A DNA stretch of 64,000 bases from a virus: IMG/VR virus record IMGVR_UViG_3300010370_000027, one strand, 5' to 3'. Positions 7,933 to 17,513 of this stretch are shown here, one piece after another (position 1 is the first letter of the stretch; each line of letters begins with the position of its first letter). The position numbers and the translations under genes are program-made. A model generated the notes under the pieces. The model saw only the letters and a list, made by a program, of their open reading frames with translations, was not told the origin of the DNA and made no database searches.

Positions 7933-9921
7933 TTACTTGATTATTCCCGCCAAACGTGCCCAACGGTCAGACTCAAATCCCTCGTTGAGAGTATTGGTTG
8001 CCGATGCAGGACGTGCTGGGCGAGATGCTGAACCTATGACGCCACGATCGGTCGACTCCGTGATCTTCGTTGTCGATGCCGAGAGTGTCTTCACGAGGCT
8101 CTCATACACGAGCTTCACTTCACGCTCAGACTTAGCCTCGTCGAGTCTCTCTATGATTTCAGCCTTCTGGCGTTTTGTGAGTGACTCATTCTGGAGGAGC
8201 TTGTTTGTGAAGAGCAACTTCGCGTTGAACAGATTCGTTTCTGCCAACTTATTGCGGAGATCAGTCTCTGCCGCGGACGACTTCGGAGCGCCATTGAGGG
8301 CCTCTCCCTTGCGGGTTGCCTCTGCGAGCATACCCTTGAGCTTGTTGCAGCGAGCAACAGACTCGTTAAACTTGGTTGCGAAGAAGTTGTAGGCCTCCTG
8401 CATCTTCTTAGCCTGCTTCTTAGCCTGCTGCTTCTCCTGCATCTTCTTAGCCTGGGAAGCCTTCTTCTGGGCTTCCATCTGCTTCTTCTTGGCCTGCGTA
8501 GCCTTCTTCTTGGCTTCCGTCTGAAGATTTGCCTCTGCAGCGAGCTTTCGCTTGATCGATTCTACAGGCATATCAGGCTGAACATTTGGCTGCATAACCT
8601 TGGGATCATGTCCTGGGTGGGAGCGACGCTTCTCAGATTGATCCATGCCACCGTAGGCTTGATCCATCTCTGACTCATCCATCTCAGCTTCGTCTTGCTC
8701 GTCCATTTCTTCTGCCTCTGACCAAGCCTGATCAAGTTCGTCGAGTTCTTCCTGAGCGTCTTGCTCGTCCATCTTCTTGTCGTCAGAATCCTCTTCGGAC
8801 TCTGTGGTTAGCTCGACGTCAGTGAAGGGATCACCAAGATCGTCGTCTTCAAAATCATCAGAAACTTCGCCTGGACCGTGGCCCTTTTCAGCATTCTTTG
8901 GCATATCAGTCGCCTCGCGGATCGACTTCATGCGTGCAATCTCACGACGGAGCATTCCCTCGTCTATTTCAACGATTGTGTCGTCGCTGAGAGTCTTCGA
9001 CTCGAGAGCAAACGATTCTTCCTGTGTCTCTTCTTCATCACCGCCGAGATCAAGGTCGGCATCTTCTGACTCATCAGAACTTTCGTCTCCGAGGTCAAGC
9101 TCTTCGCCGCCCTCGTCGCCACCTGCTTCTTCAGCTTCGGCGCCGGACTCCTCACCCTCTTCGTCACCTGTGATAAGATCAACGCCGAGAGATTCGAGAT
9201 CCAGATCATCGGGCATGCCCGTGAGCTTTAATGTTACGTCTGCTTCTGAAAGTGTTTTGTGGTTTTTCTTCATTTTCTGCTCCGTGAGCTGCTTGAGGGT
9301 TGAATAATAATTTTCAAGAATCGACTCATAAGAGCTCTTCTTGGGGCAATCCTGCAGGTTATTCTGCAAGTACGAATACGTATCCTCTACTTCAGCAACA
9401 ATTGAAGAAAGTACGTCTTCAAAACCTTTAGATTCTCTAACAAGCTTTCCAGTCTTGCTGACTAAATCAATTTTCTTGTTGAGACCTTCCATCTTGACGT
9501 CGAAATTCGAATCACCAGATGAAGCCATTAAAACTCCGAGAGAATTAGCAGATTCTAGACTAAGCTCATACTCATTTCCGCAGCCATCGTCAGCCTTGAG
9601 TGCATCTAAGTCGAGAGTAACCTTTCCTTCCTCATCAGGAAGAGACATTGCTACCGCAGAAGAAGCTGCGTCTCCTACCTGAGGAGCTGCGGTGACAGGT
9701 GCAGTCTCAAAAGAATCAGGAGAAACAAGCGTGTTTTCGTCCTTTAAAATGTCTTCTGGGTCTGCTTCCATCTCTCCGAGCTCGCCGAGCAGTTGATTCT
9801 CGATGAGATCTCTTATTCGAGGTGTAACTGCCTCAAGAAGTGCTCTTTTTGCGTTATCTTCAGCTACTTCCTTCAGCTTCTTCACGTCTGCTAAGGCTTC
9901 TTCGTACAATTGCTTAGTCAT
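7933..9921 (-). CDS. Prohead core/scaffolding protein
   Basis: Directly upstream of the capsid gene. Acidic tracts, coiled coils, many L/I-x-E sites and C-terminus DRWARLAGIIK. Confidence 0.8.
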   Translation of the reverse strand: MTKQLYEEALADVKKLKEVAEDNAKRALLEAVTPRIRDLIENQLLGELGEMEADPEDILKDENTLVSPDSFETAPVTAAPQVGDAASSAVAMSLPDEEGKVTLDLDALKADDGCGNEYELSLESANSLGVLMASSGDSNFDVKMEGLNKKIDLVSKTGKLVRESKGFEDVLSSIVAEVEDTYSYLQNNLQDCPKKSSYESILENYYSTLKQLTEQKMKKNHKTLSEADVTLKLTGMPDDLDLESLGVDLITGDEEGEESGAEAEEAGGDEGGEELDLGDESSDESEDADLDLGGDEEETQEESFALESKTLSDDTIVEIDEGMLRREIARMKSIREATDMPKNAEKGHGPGEVSDDFEDDDLGDPFTDVELTTESEEDSDDKKMDEQDAQEELDELDQAWSEAEEMDEQDEAEMDESEMDQAYGGMDQSEKRRSHPGHDPKVMQPNVQPDMPVESIKRKLAAEANLQTEAKKKATQAKKKQMEAQKKASQAKKMQEKQQAKKQAKKMQEAYNFFATKFNESVARCNKLKGMLAEATRKGEALNGAPKSSAAETDLRNKLAETNLFNAKLLFTNKLLQNESLTKRQKAEIIERLDEAKSEREVKLVYESLVKTLSASTTKITESTDRGVIGSASRPARPASATNTLNEGFESDRWARLAGIIK
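8395..8517. repeat. Tandem QAKK-type coding repeats in the scaffold
   Basis: ctcctgcatcttcttagcctg occurs at 8395-8415 and 8434-8454, with further degenerate units. Confidence 0.75.
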
Positions 9922-9957
9922 GTTTACTCTTTCTTGCGTCTAACTGTTAACCATCTC

Positions 9958-9964
9958 TAAGTAT
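9958..9964 (-). promoter_or_regulatory. Putative late promoter ATACTTA for the scaffold-capsid operon
   Basis: One copy of a motif recurring upstream of about 12 genes (see findings). Confidence 0.65.
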
Positions 9965-9968
9965 AATA

Positions 9969-10532
9969 TCAAATCGAGGATTTTCCAGGCGTAAGTGAAT
10001 CTCCTAACACAGTATTGACACTTTCTTCACTTGGAGAACGTGTACCAGATCCCTCTGCTCCTGGTGTGTAGTTTGGTTTGATCTCACTTGGGGAAATATC
10101 AGGATTTGAATTTTTATCTATGCCGTCCACTCTAACAGTTCCAGGAGCTCCTGGGCCGGGGGATGTGACATCAGGTACGTATGGATTGGCAGGATCTCCA
10201 GGATTTCTCCAGGACACATCTGCGAGATTTGGCGCCTTTCCGTAAGTGAGATCAACACCCGATGGGAACATGCCCAAATCACCTGTCTGCATGCCAGACT
10301 CAGGAAGAAGTCCGTTCTGGTTATCTCTCGCTCTTTTTACGACAGATTCTGCGGCTTTTCCGTTCTCAGTCTGTGGATTAGAAGACTCTCCATAAAAACT
10401 AGCAATTCCTGATCTAAGGGCATTTGCCTTTTGATTGAAGAGTTTCCACAAAAGAGAATAGCGCGAACCAGCACTCGTAGTAGTGGCTGCGGGAACATAA
10501 GTTGTATATCTACCTTTACCTGGTGCGCTCAT
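9969..10532 (-). CDS. Pro/Gly-rich hypothetical virion protein
   Basis: In the head cluster with an AGGAG SD. Confidence 0.7.
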   Translation of the reverse strand: MSAPGKGRYTTYVPAATTTSAGSRYSLLWKLFNQKANALRSGIASFYGESSNPQTENGKAAESVVKRARDNQNGLLPESGMQTGDLGMFPSGVDLTYGKAPNLADVSWRNPGDPANPYVPDVTSPGPGAPGTVRVDGIDKNSNPDISPSEIKPNYTPGAEGSGTRSPSEESVNTVLGDSLTPGKSSI

Positions 10533-10553
10533 TGGACTGCTCCTGTTGACAAA

Positions 10554-10799
10554 TTAAATCTTCTTCGAAAGACGCTTCTTCGTCTCTTCGATCTTCGCGA
10601 GACGACGACGAAGACGAGTCTCCTCGATCTTAAGCGCCTTCATAAAATCAATGTGCTTCGCTGCAACCTTTTCGCTTCCGACCTCGTCAGCGTCGACCTC
10701 TTCTGTGTCTTTTGCTCGTTCTTCTGTCGACTCCATGTCGCCGAACTTGGCAACTTCCTCTTCAATGATTCTACGAAGTAACTGGCTTGTAAGTTTCAT
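10554..10799 (-). CDS. Small head-associated protein with conserved leader
   Basis: MKLTSQLLRRIIEEEV from ATG 10799 with a GAGAGG SD. ATACTTA at 10826-10832. Confidence 0.75.
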   Translation of the reverse strand: MKLTSQLLRRIIEEEVAKFGDMESTEERAKDTEEVDADEVGSEKVAAKHIDFMKALKIEETRLRRRLAKIEETKKRLSKKI

Positions 10800-10849
10800 A
10801 TCAAAAAATCCTCTCACTTAAACGGTAAGTATATTCAAGAAGAAAAAAT

Positions 10850-11275
10850 TTACTTTTTTAGAGGTGAATCCATGAAAGCAAGTGATGCCCACTTGGATGT
10901 TACATCATCTCCAAAAAGGTCTTCCGGGTTTGCCCTGGCGACGACCTGTTCAACTAATCCCCCACCTGCTGCTGCAGGAACGGGTGATTTTCCGTCGTTC
11001 TGCAAAAATGCAGGAAGTGTAGAAGCTGCAGTATCTGCAAAGATGTCTTCCATCACTTTATTTCCTCCTGCCTCTCTCCTTATTGTCTCTTTTAAACTAG
11101 GAGAAAACATCTTTTGAGGAGGTGGTTGCCTTCTAAGATTGTCTGAAAGAGGCGCGCTTGGCTGACGATTCACAACACTTTTTGGAGAGTCAGCATTTAA
11201 ACCCAGGCCTTCACCCAATATTTCAACAAGGCATTCTTTGACAATAGATTTTAATTCAGATTTTGTGATCTTCAT
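10850..11275 (-). CDS. Head-associated protein with conserved leader
   Basis: MKITKSELKSIVKECLVEILGE. C-terminal SKWASLAF resembles the scaffold end DRWARLAG. Confidence 0.75.
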   Translation of the reverse strand: MKITKSELKSIVKECLVEILGEGLGLNADSPKSVVNRQPSAPLSDNLRRQPPPQKMFSPSLKETIRREAGGNKVMEDIFADTAASTLPAFLQNDGKSPVPAAAGGGLVEQVVARANPEDLFGDDVTSKWASLAFMDSPLKK

Positions 11276-11287
11276 CCCGTTCAACCT

Positions 11288-11899
11288 TTACTTCTTTAAT
11301 GTCAAAATATCGTTAACAATTCTATCAATTCTATCCGACTTATTGAATATGTTTCTTAATTCATTCGAATTAATGGTCCTACCCTCAGGAAGCATAAATG
11401 CTCCGGGCGTAGAAGGCTCTGAAACGTAGTCCCAACAGATTAGCTGGAAGTCATCTTGAACGATGTGATAGTCACCTTGCTTCTTGACTGATCCTACACC
11501 TCGCGAGGAGATTCCGAGCTTGACTCCGCTCTCGACGAGGGACTGAAGTATCTTGCCAGAAGGTGTATCCAATAGCTCCACAGTACCATAAACCACCCCT
11601 CGATCCAGGTATGCTTCCTTAATGACGTGAGACACGTTCTTGAGGTTGACCACGGATGAGTCCGGGTGGTCCAACTCACCGAGAGCGCGGTTCTCAGCGA
11701 TGAACTTCTGATAGTTACGGACTTCACGCTCGAGAACAGCCATCGGGTAGATGCGACCGTTCTGGTTGAGTGTGTCGGCCTTCTGAAGGATTCCCTTCAT
11801 CATGACCTTACCGTTGTTCTTCTCCCGCGACTCCTTGATCATTTCAGGAGTGTAGTCGAAGACTTCGTATGAATTGAGTAGCTTGAGGTCTTGTGCCAT
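11288..11899 (-). CDS. gp21: Prohead core protease, T4 gp21-like
   Basis: NQNGRIYP, GELDHP (His), GISSRGVGS (Ser), WDYVSEPS (Asp). The AAGGAG SD supports ATG 11899. Confidence 0.95.
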   Translation of the reverse strand: MAQDLKLLNSYEVFDYTPEMIKESREKNNGKVMMKGILQKADTLNQNGRIYPMAVLEREVRNYQKFIAENRALGELDHPDSSVVNLKNVSHVIKEAYLDRGVVYGTVELLDTPSGKILQSLVESGVKLGISSRGVGSVKKQGDYHIVQDDFQLICWDYVSEPSTPGAFMLPEGRTINSNELRNIFNKSDRIDRIVNDILTLKK

Positions 11900-11904
11900 G
11901 GTGT

Positions 11905-12759
11905 TCACTCCTTAGATGCCAGTTCGTCGTTGAGTTTTGCGTAGAGCATGAATCGGGTAACTGTCGAGTCGTCGATTGAATCAAGATTCTCTTCGAGGAG
12001 AACGTTCTTTGTCTCAGAGAGTTTGTTCTTGAGGTAATCGTTCTGCACTTCTGACTCGTAGCCATCGATGAGTCCAACAAGATCATTCTTTATTTCTTGC
12101 AGCTTCATCTTTATTGAAGTTTGATCGTCTGACGCTGTCGAATACGCGTAAGCTTTGATGAGAGACTTCTGATGCTCGTTAAGAACACCGTTGTACTTCT
12201 CATTGAGCTTCTTGGTCATGACTTTCATGAGAAGTCTTGCAGATCCTGAAGTATCTTCTGAAATTGAAGTATCTGGTTTCTGTACCTTTTCTGAAACAAG
12301 ATGCTTCATGATGTGGTCTTCATACTGAGCAACCCTGTAGAGGTCCTTGTCAGACATAGTCCACTCGTTAATGAGGGTCTGAATTGTGGCAAAGAGTCTG
12401 TATTCGCTGATGTGCTGATCATAAAAGTCTTCATCATTCAAAATGTGATTGATGTTTCGAATGAGAATTGACTTCTCCCTATCAAGTTTTTGAATATCAA
12501 AAGAACCTACTGCGTTTTTTGCTTCACTCAAAATTGAAGCCGCTGTGTGCTCAGAGGCAACTGTAGTCTTTACGAGAGCGTTCATTAGACGAAATTCTTT
12601 GTAAATTTCTGTGCCTTGTCTAAAGTGCTTCTTTAAGATCTTGAGGGCGGCGGAAGACTTTTTCTTGTTATCTTCTATGATTGACTTAGAAATAGTCCTC
12701 ACGAGAAACTCGTATATGAGGAGGCTGTTTCTTCTCTTGTTATGCTTATTTGCGGCCAT
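11905..12759 (-). CDS. Head-module hypothetical protein
   Basis: 284 aa, tightly packed between the portal and protease genes. Confidence 0.8.
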   Translation of the reverse strand: MAANKHNKRRNSLLIYEFLVRTISKSIIEDNKKKSSAALKILKKHFRQGTEIYKEFRLMNALVKTTVASEHTAASILSEAKNAVGSFDIQKLDREKSILIRNINHILNDEDFYDQHISEYRLFATIQTLINEWTMSDKDLYRVAQYEDHIMKHLVSEKVQKPDTSISEDTSGSARLLMKVMTKKLNEKYNGVLNEHQKSLIKAYAYSTASDDQTSIKMKLQEIKNDLVGLIDGYESEVQNDYLKNKLSETKNVLLEENLDSIDDSTVTRFMLYAKLNDELASKE

Positions 12760-12760
12760 T

Positions 12761-14770
12761 TCATTTGCTCCCGTCGTCGTCTATTATGAGGACTTCTCTA
12801 TGTTCGCGTGCGTCTGCCTCATCAAAATTATCTGATTCGCTGAGGACTTGTGGAGTTTGTGTAGAATTTTTAGTATTTTTTTGAAACTTTGAAGACAGAG
12901 ACATGTTTCTCAAAGAAGAAATAACGTCATTTCCAACGGGCGTCTTATGTGATGTCTTGTTGGCAGATTCTCCAAAGGGATTTCTTACGTAAGAATTCAT
13001 CCATTCTCTGTCGTAAGGATCAGAGTAATTTTTGTCATTTGCTCTTGTCATTCTATTGAAGTCAGGAGAATGAGTCTTAGAAGGTCCGTGATGTCTGATC
13101 CTAGATCTATTGTAGAGAGCTCGGTCGAGTTGCTTTTGAGCCTTCACAGGTACTTCGACATCCTTTAAAGAAAATTTAACTGGGACGTCGTCGTCATCTG
13201 GGTCTTCTCCGGCAGTGAGGAGATCAAGATAAGGATTCTTCTGAGAAGCGTCGTCTCCTGCAAAGAGATCTTCTGCTTCCCCGCCTTCTTCCTCGCCTGC
13301 CTCAGGCTCTTCGGTATCTTCAGGCTCCTCTGATGATTCACTGCCAGAATCAGGCTCAGCACTTTCTATGGCCTGATCTACAAGTTTCTCTCTAAGGCGT
13401 TGATCATCAATTTCCTTGCACTGATCGTCATTAAGTCCCCAAATCTCCTTGCGGATAAATTCCTTAGACATCTGACCTTCAGGTGCAGTACCTGCAATCT
13501 CGAACTTAGATCTCCACAATTCCAACTTCTGCTGCTGAGCAACAGTCGATGGATTGGACATACGCAAAGCAAAATTCTGCAGATCTTCAGAATCAAAGCC
13601 ATGTGCATAAAGATGAATTATTGCCAATTTATTAAGCTCAGCAACAATTGTCTTTTGAATAACGTTGATAGTCCTGGAAAATCTGATGTCTTCCTGAGCA
13701 AGTGTTGCTTTGCTTGAAAGAGATTCGTCATAACCGAGATATGCACGTGGAATCTTAAGGGCTGCAAAGAGCTTCTTCTGAATGTAGGCCACATCTTCAA
13801 CAGCCGCAGTGTTCTGACCGCCTGCAAGTGTATCGATTCTCGTACCGGAATCTCCGCCGCGGACAGGTATAAAATAGTCCTCATCGACAGAAAGTGGGTT
13901 GTAACGAAGATCGACTCGACCTGTTGAACGATCAATGACTTGTGAGGAACGAAGGTTCTTCCTTTGCTCCTCGACGTACATAGGAACGTTCTCAGGCGGT
14001 ATGTTGGCCACGTCGATGTAGAAGACGCGCCTTTCTGGTGCGCGAACAACTCGGTAGACCAGCATGGCGTCCTCGATGAGGATCAATTGACGCCAAATCC
14101 TGCGGGCGGGTTCGATCACTGAGGAGCCATAGGGAAGAAACATGTCGTTTCCCAAGAGCCTGAAGTGTGTAACCTCCCAGTTCTCCAGCGTTCTATTGCC
14201 GAGAGTGACCCATCGGTAACGAACTGCCATGGGATCGCTAGGATCGTAGTTCTCCTCGCGCTCGATCTCGTTCACCGGGATGGGGAAAGCACTGATGACA
14301 CCATGCTCCGGTGACACGTCGTTATAGAGGAACATGTCACCGTACTTGACAAGATTTCTTACCCAGGACCTGAGGTTGAACTCCACATTGAGTGTGTTGT
14401 AGAAGAGGTCCTCAAGAATCTCTCTGATCTTCTCGTTATCCGAGTAGATGTGGAGGACTCGTCCCTTCTCGTCCTGTGCACATGTCTCGTCAGCATAGAT
14501 GTCCAGGGCCGCCGCCAATTCAGGAGTGTATTCCATCTCAGCGAAATCTTGATAACGCATGAGACGCTCTGAAAGATTGTAGGCATTAGCCGTTATAGTG
14601 GCATATGTTGGCGCCATCGACTTCTGAAATAACAAAGCTCCACTGCTCTTTGTTTTATCTGCCACAGCAACAGTAGTATCGAGCGCCCTGATCTTTCTCT
14701 TGACAACAGGACCACTTCGAAATAGCTTTGTTAATTTCTGAAAGATGTTTTGGTCTTCTTTTTTCGCCAT
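12761..14770 (-). CDS. gp20: Portal protein, T4 gp20-like
   Basis: EDAMLVYRVVRAPERRVFYIDV, EDYFIPVRG, IDTLAGGQN, DVAYIQKKLFAALKIP, EDIRFSRTI. Long acidic C-terminal extension. Confidence 0.96.
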   Translation of the reverse strand: MAKKEDQNIFQKLTKLFRSGPVVKRKIRALDTTVAVADKTKSSGALLFQKSMAPTYATITANAYNLSERLMRYQDFAEMEYTPELAAALDIYADETCAQDEKGRVLHIYSDNEKIREILEDLFYNTLNVEFNLRSWVRNLVKYGDMFLYNDVSPEHGVISAFPIPVNEIEREENYDPSDPMAVRYRWVTLGNRTLENWEVTHFRLLGNDMFLPYGSSVIEPARRIWRQLILIEDAMLVYRVVRAPERRVFYIDVANIPPENVPMYVEEQRKNLRSSQVIDRSTGRVDLRYNPLSVDEDYFIPVRGGDSGTRIDTLAGGQNTAAVEDVAYIQKKLFAALKIPRAYLGYDESLSSKATLAQEDIRFSRTINVIQKTIVAELNKLAIIHLYAHGFDSEDLQNFALRMSNPSTVAQQQKLELWRSKFEIAGTAPEGQMSKEFIRKEIWGLNDDQCKEIDDQRLREKLVDQAIESAEPDSGSESSEEPEDTEEPEAGEEEGGEAEDLFAGDDASQKNPYLDLLTAGEDPDDDDVPVKFSLKDVEVPVKAQKQLDRALYNRSRIRHHGPSKTHSPDFNRMTRANDKNYSDPYDREWMNSYVRNPFGESANKTSHKTPVGNDVISSLRNMSLSSKFQKNTKNSTQTPQVLSESDNFDEADAREHREVLIIDDDGSK

Positions 14771-14828
14771 TTTATTCTCGCTGATCCATTAAGGGATCAG
14801 CCCTAAGTTTTTTTAAAATACAACAAAA

Positions 14829-15119
14829 TTACTTCTGCGCTTTAAGAGTTACTTTTTGCGCTGAAGGTTTTGTTGCATCGACATATTGCATCGGAGAGGC
14901 AACAATTCTATTGAGAATCTGCTCTAGGCCATCAAGATTTCCTCCAAGCTCGGCCTTAGCTTTTTCGCTAGCGCTCTCCTTAAAAGACTCGATAGCTCCT
15001 AAAAGTTTGGTAGCAGCTCCCATAATCTTAGAGGCAGAGTCATGGTCTGCGCCTTCATTAAGAGACTCTATCTCTTCGCGAATTATTCTCTTAAGAGTAT
15101 TTAGATTAATCTTTGACAT
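14829..15119 (-). CDS. Small head-associated protein with conserved leader
   Basis: MSKINLNTLKRIIREEIESLNEG. GAGG SD and TTATTTA at 15141-15147. Confidence 0.75.
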   Translation of the reverse strand: MSKINLNTLKRIIREEIESLNEGADHDSASKIMGAATKLLGAIESFKESASEKAKAELGGNLDGLEQILNRIVASPMQYVDATKPSAQKVTLKAQK

Positions 15120-15217
15120 GTTTCCTCTGATCAGATATGTTAAATAATAGATCTTCAGCCCTTTTAAACGAGCAATTTCTATTTATGAACTTAATCTTTA
15201 AAAACAACAACGACAAG

Positions 15218-16834
15218 CTATCTAAAAAGCCAAGAAAAGTCTGATACGTCGACGTGCTTTATGTCCTCGGGCTTTTTCGCTTTGTGTACATTTTCTGGTG
15301 TGAATCCCTGTATCTGGGCATTTGGGACAGGCCGCACTTGATTGACTCCGCCGGGCAGGTCATTCAAATTTCTATTTCCTACTGCTGTCGCTTTTAGCAT
15401 TGCCATGGCCATTGCCATGCCCTGAGTATCTCCACCGCCCTCGCCTGCAGCGAGCCAAGTTCCAATAGCTAGACTCATGATAAGGTCGTCGTGGGCATCT
15501 TTGGAAGCCTGAGCTTTTGCACCATTCCAGATAAAGGCCTGCAATTGATCAAAAAGACGTTGAGAGTAAGTTTTTAGCCTTGAATTTCTTATTGATTCTT
15601 CAAGCTTTGTCAGTATCTGAGTCCTAGTCTTGGTCTGTGTCGAGAATCCAGGCACTGATTCTGGGTCTGAAGGCTTGTATCCAAACAAATCTCCCCCATT
15701 ATTGTGATAGTACAAAGCAGGGTATCCTTCATCTCTAAGCTTGACACAAGTAAAGTATCCGAACGTGTTTTGTTCTGGGCATATCAAGGCATTGTTGTAA
15801 CGCCTTCCATAAGTAGAAAGAAGCTCTGCAAGCCTATCGGGAGGTATTTTCCCCATGAATTCTGCACACACTTCGCACGATTCGTAGTCTATGACATGAA
15901 AAGTTGAATAGTCAGAAGCATCTCCTCTTGCGACATCTGCAGAAATTATATACTTGTGCCCTTGCTCTGGGTTCTTCCAGATCCAGACTCCATTCTGTGG
16001 CCCTTCTTTTAGATTTGGCGGTCTAATAAGACCTCGAAGTTTTTCAAACTCAGAAGGCTGTAGAAACGTGTCACCGGACGAAACGAAGTCACATAAAAAC
16101 TCTTGCGCGATCTGACGCTTCGTGAGGTTTCTGGTCTCTTTGTTGAACCAATCTTGGTCGTGTTCTGGGTGGACGTCCCATGGGAGTCTTATAGGATTGA
16201 AGTCATTTGCACCAGTCTCGGCTTCTGTCCACAGCTTGTAGTACTGACCTCCCACGCCGTTTGGAGTGGACAGGATGATAGCAGAACCACCGGTTGAGAG
16301 TGTTGGATAAAGAGACGTCCAAATCTCATCGAAGTCTCTAATGAATGCTGCCTCGTCTACGATAAGTAGCGCTAATGCTTCAGAACGACCGGCGTCAGGA
16401 GATGTTGGAACAGCAGTTATTGTTGAGCCATTATCAAAACGAATTGACTGCTTTGTAGGTTCAAACTTAGTCAACAGAAGCCAAGGAGGAAGACCATCAA
16501 GCATGGTCTTTACTTTCTTGATGAAGTTAATTGCTGTGTTAAGCTTAGTTGCAATGACAAGAATGTTCTTGTCCTTTTTAAAAATTGCATACCAAACAAC
16601 ATAGGCAGCGGAGACCGTAGAAAGTCCCAACTGCCTAGACTTGAGAACAATGTTAAATCGATGCTGTTGAAACTGTTTTACACAATCGTTCTGGAAATCA
16701 TATGTGTCGAAGGGGATAAGACCTCTCAGCTGATGCTGAATCTTGCAGTACTTCTTCATAAAGTACGTTGGATCTTTACCGCACTTTAGTATCTCTGCTA
16801 CTACCGCCTGTCTTGAAGGAGTCGTTGTTGTCAT
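15218..16834 (-). CDS. gp17: Terminase large subunit, T4 gp17-like
   Basis: KSRQLGLST (Walker A), LLIVDEAAF (Walker B), STPNG, and nuclease motifs ISADVARG and HDDLIMSLAI. Confidence 0.96.
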   Translation of the reverse strand: MTTTTPSRQAVVAEILKCGKDPTYFMKKYCKIQHQLRGLIPFDTYDFQNDCVKQFQQHRFNIVLKSRQLGLSTVSAAYVVWYAIFKKDKNILVIATKLNTAINFIKKVKTMLDGLPPWLLLTKFEPTKQSIRFDNGSTITAVPTSPDAGRSEALALLIVDEAAFIRDFDEIWTSLYPTLSTGGSAIILSTPNGVGGQYYKLWTEAETGANDFNPIRLPWDVHPEHDQDWFNKETRNLTKRQIAQEFLCDFVSSGDTFLQPSEFEKLRGLIRPPNLKEGPQNGVWIWKNPEQGHKYIISADVARGDASDYSTFHVIDYESCEVCAEFMGKIPPDRLAELLSTYGRRYNNALICPEQNTFGYFTCVKLRDEGYPALYYHNNGGDLFGYKPSDPESVPGFSTQTKTRTQILTKLEESIRNSRLKTYSQRLFDQLQAFIWNGAKAQASKDAHDDLIMSLAIGTWLAAGEGGGDTQGMAMAMAMLKATAVGNRNLNDLPGGVNQVRPVPNAQIQGFTPENVHKAKKPEDIKHVDVSDFSWLFR

Positions 16835-17214
16835 GCAATCTCGAAAATTACCTTGCGTCTATAATACGCGGTACGCTTCGGATTGTGAACGTTAAATCCT
16901 ATGATTTCAATAGAGTCAGTAGCACTCTCTTCTTTTAGCGTTATCGAATCACCAGTCAGTTCCTTGTAAATTTCTTTGACGGACTTGACGTGTTCTGCGA
17001 TGACGTCCTGAGACTCCTCTGCACACTGTCTCTTCATCTTAATCATCTCTCCCTCAGAAACGAAGTTTGTGATGACCTTGTAGGAAGCAAGAAGCCTGCT
17101 GTCACCGAGGAAAGTAAACTTGACCGAGTATGATGCTGTCTTCGGTGTAGATGACCTGCCCCAGGTCGTGTCTATTGCTTGGCCGAGGGCGTTGATGTTG
17201 AGTGTCTTGGGCAT
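16831..17214 (-). CDS. Hypothetical protein coupled to the terminase gene
   Basis: ATGA overlap with terminase. AGGAG SD and ATACTTA at 17236-17242. Confidence 0.75.
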   Translation of the reverse strand: MPKTLNINALGQAIDTTWGRSSTPKTASYSVKFTFLGDSRLLASYKVITNFVSEGEMIKMKRQCAEESQDVIAEHVKSVKEIYKELTGDSITLKEESATDSIEIIGFNVHNPKRTAYYRRKVIFEIA

Positions 17215-17234
17215 ATGGAAAGACTCCTGTAACC

Positions 17235-17513
17235 TTAAGTATGATCGATCTTATATTTATTCATTACTTCCTCAGAAGATGGTCGCCACCCTTGCATCCA
17301 CTTTTCTTTGTTGGGGTACGCCCAAAATGTTGAACATGAATCACAGCATTCGAACTTTTCGTATGCTTCTTCATCCATTTCAGTTCTCATAATTTTCTCA
17401 CACACCCCACAAAAAAGAGGAACAAATTTATCCCTTTCCTTGGGAATGATCACAAAAAAATTATCTCTGTCAGAAATGAGACGATTTCCTAAATAATTTT
17501 TCCAAGATGTCAT
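17235..17513 (-). CDS. Small Zn-finger-like protein
   Basis: CGVC..CCDSC..W..GWRP. ATGA overlap with the Mre11-Rad50 stop. Confidence 0.7.
   Translation of the reverse strand: MTSWKNYLGNRLISDRDNFFVIIPKERDKFVPLFCGVCEKIMRTEMDEEAYEKFECCDSCSTFWAYPNKEKWMQGWRPSSEEVMNKYKIDHT

Noticed and set aside
8395-8780. Repeats in the scaffold gene as a CRISPR-like or non-coding array
   Set aside because: In-frame degenerate QAKK and MDE coding repeats with no constant repeat-spacer period.
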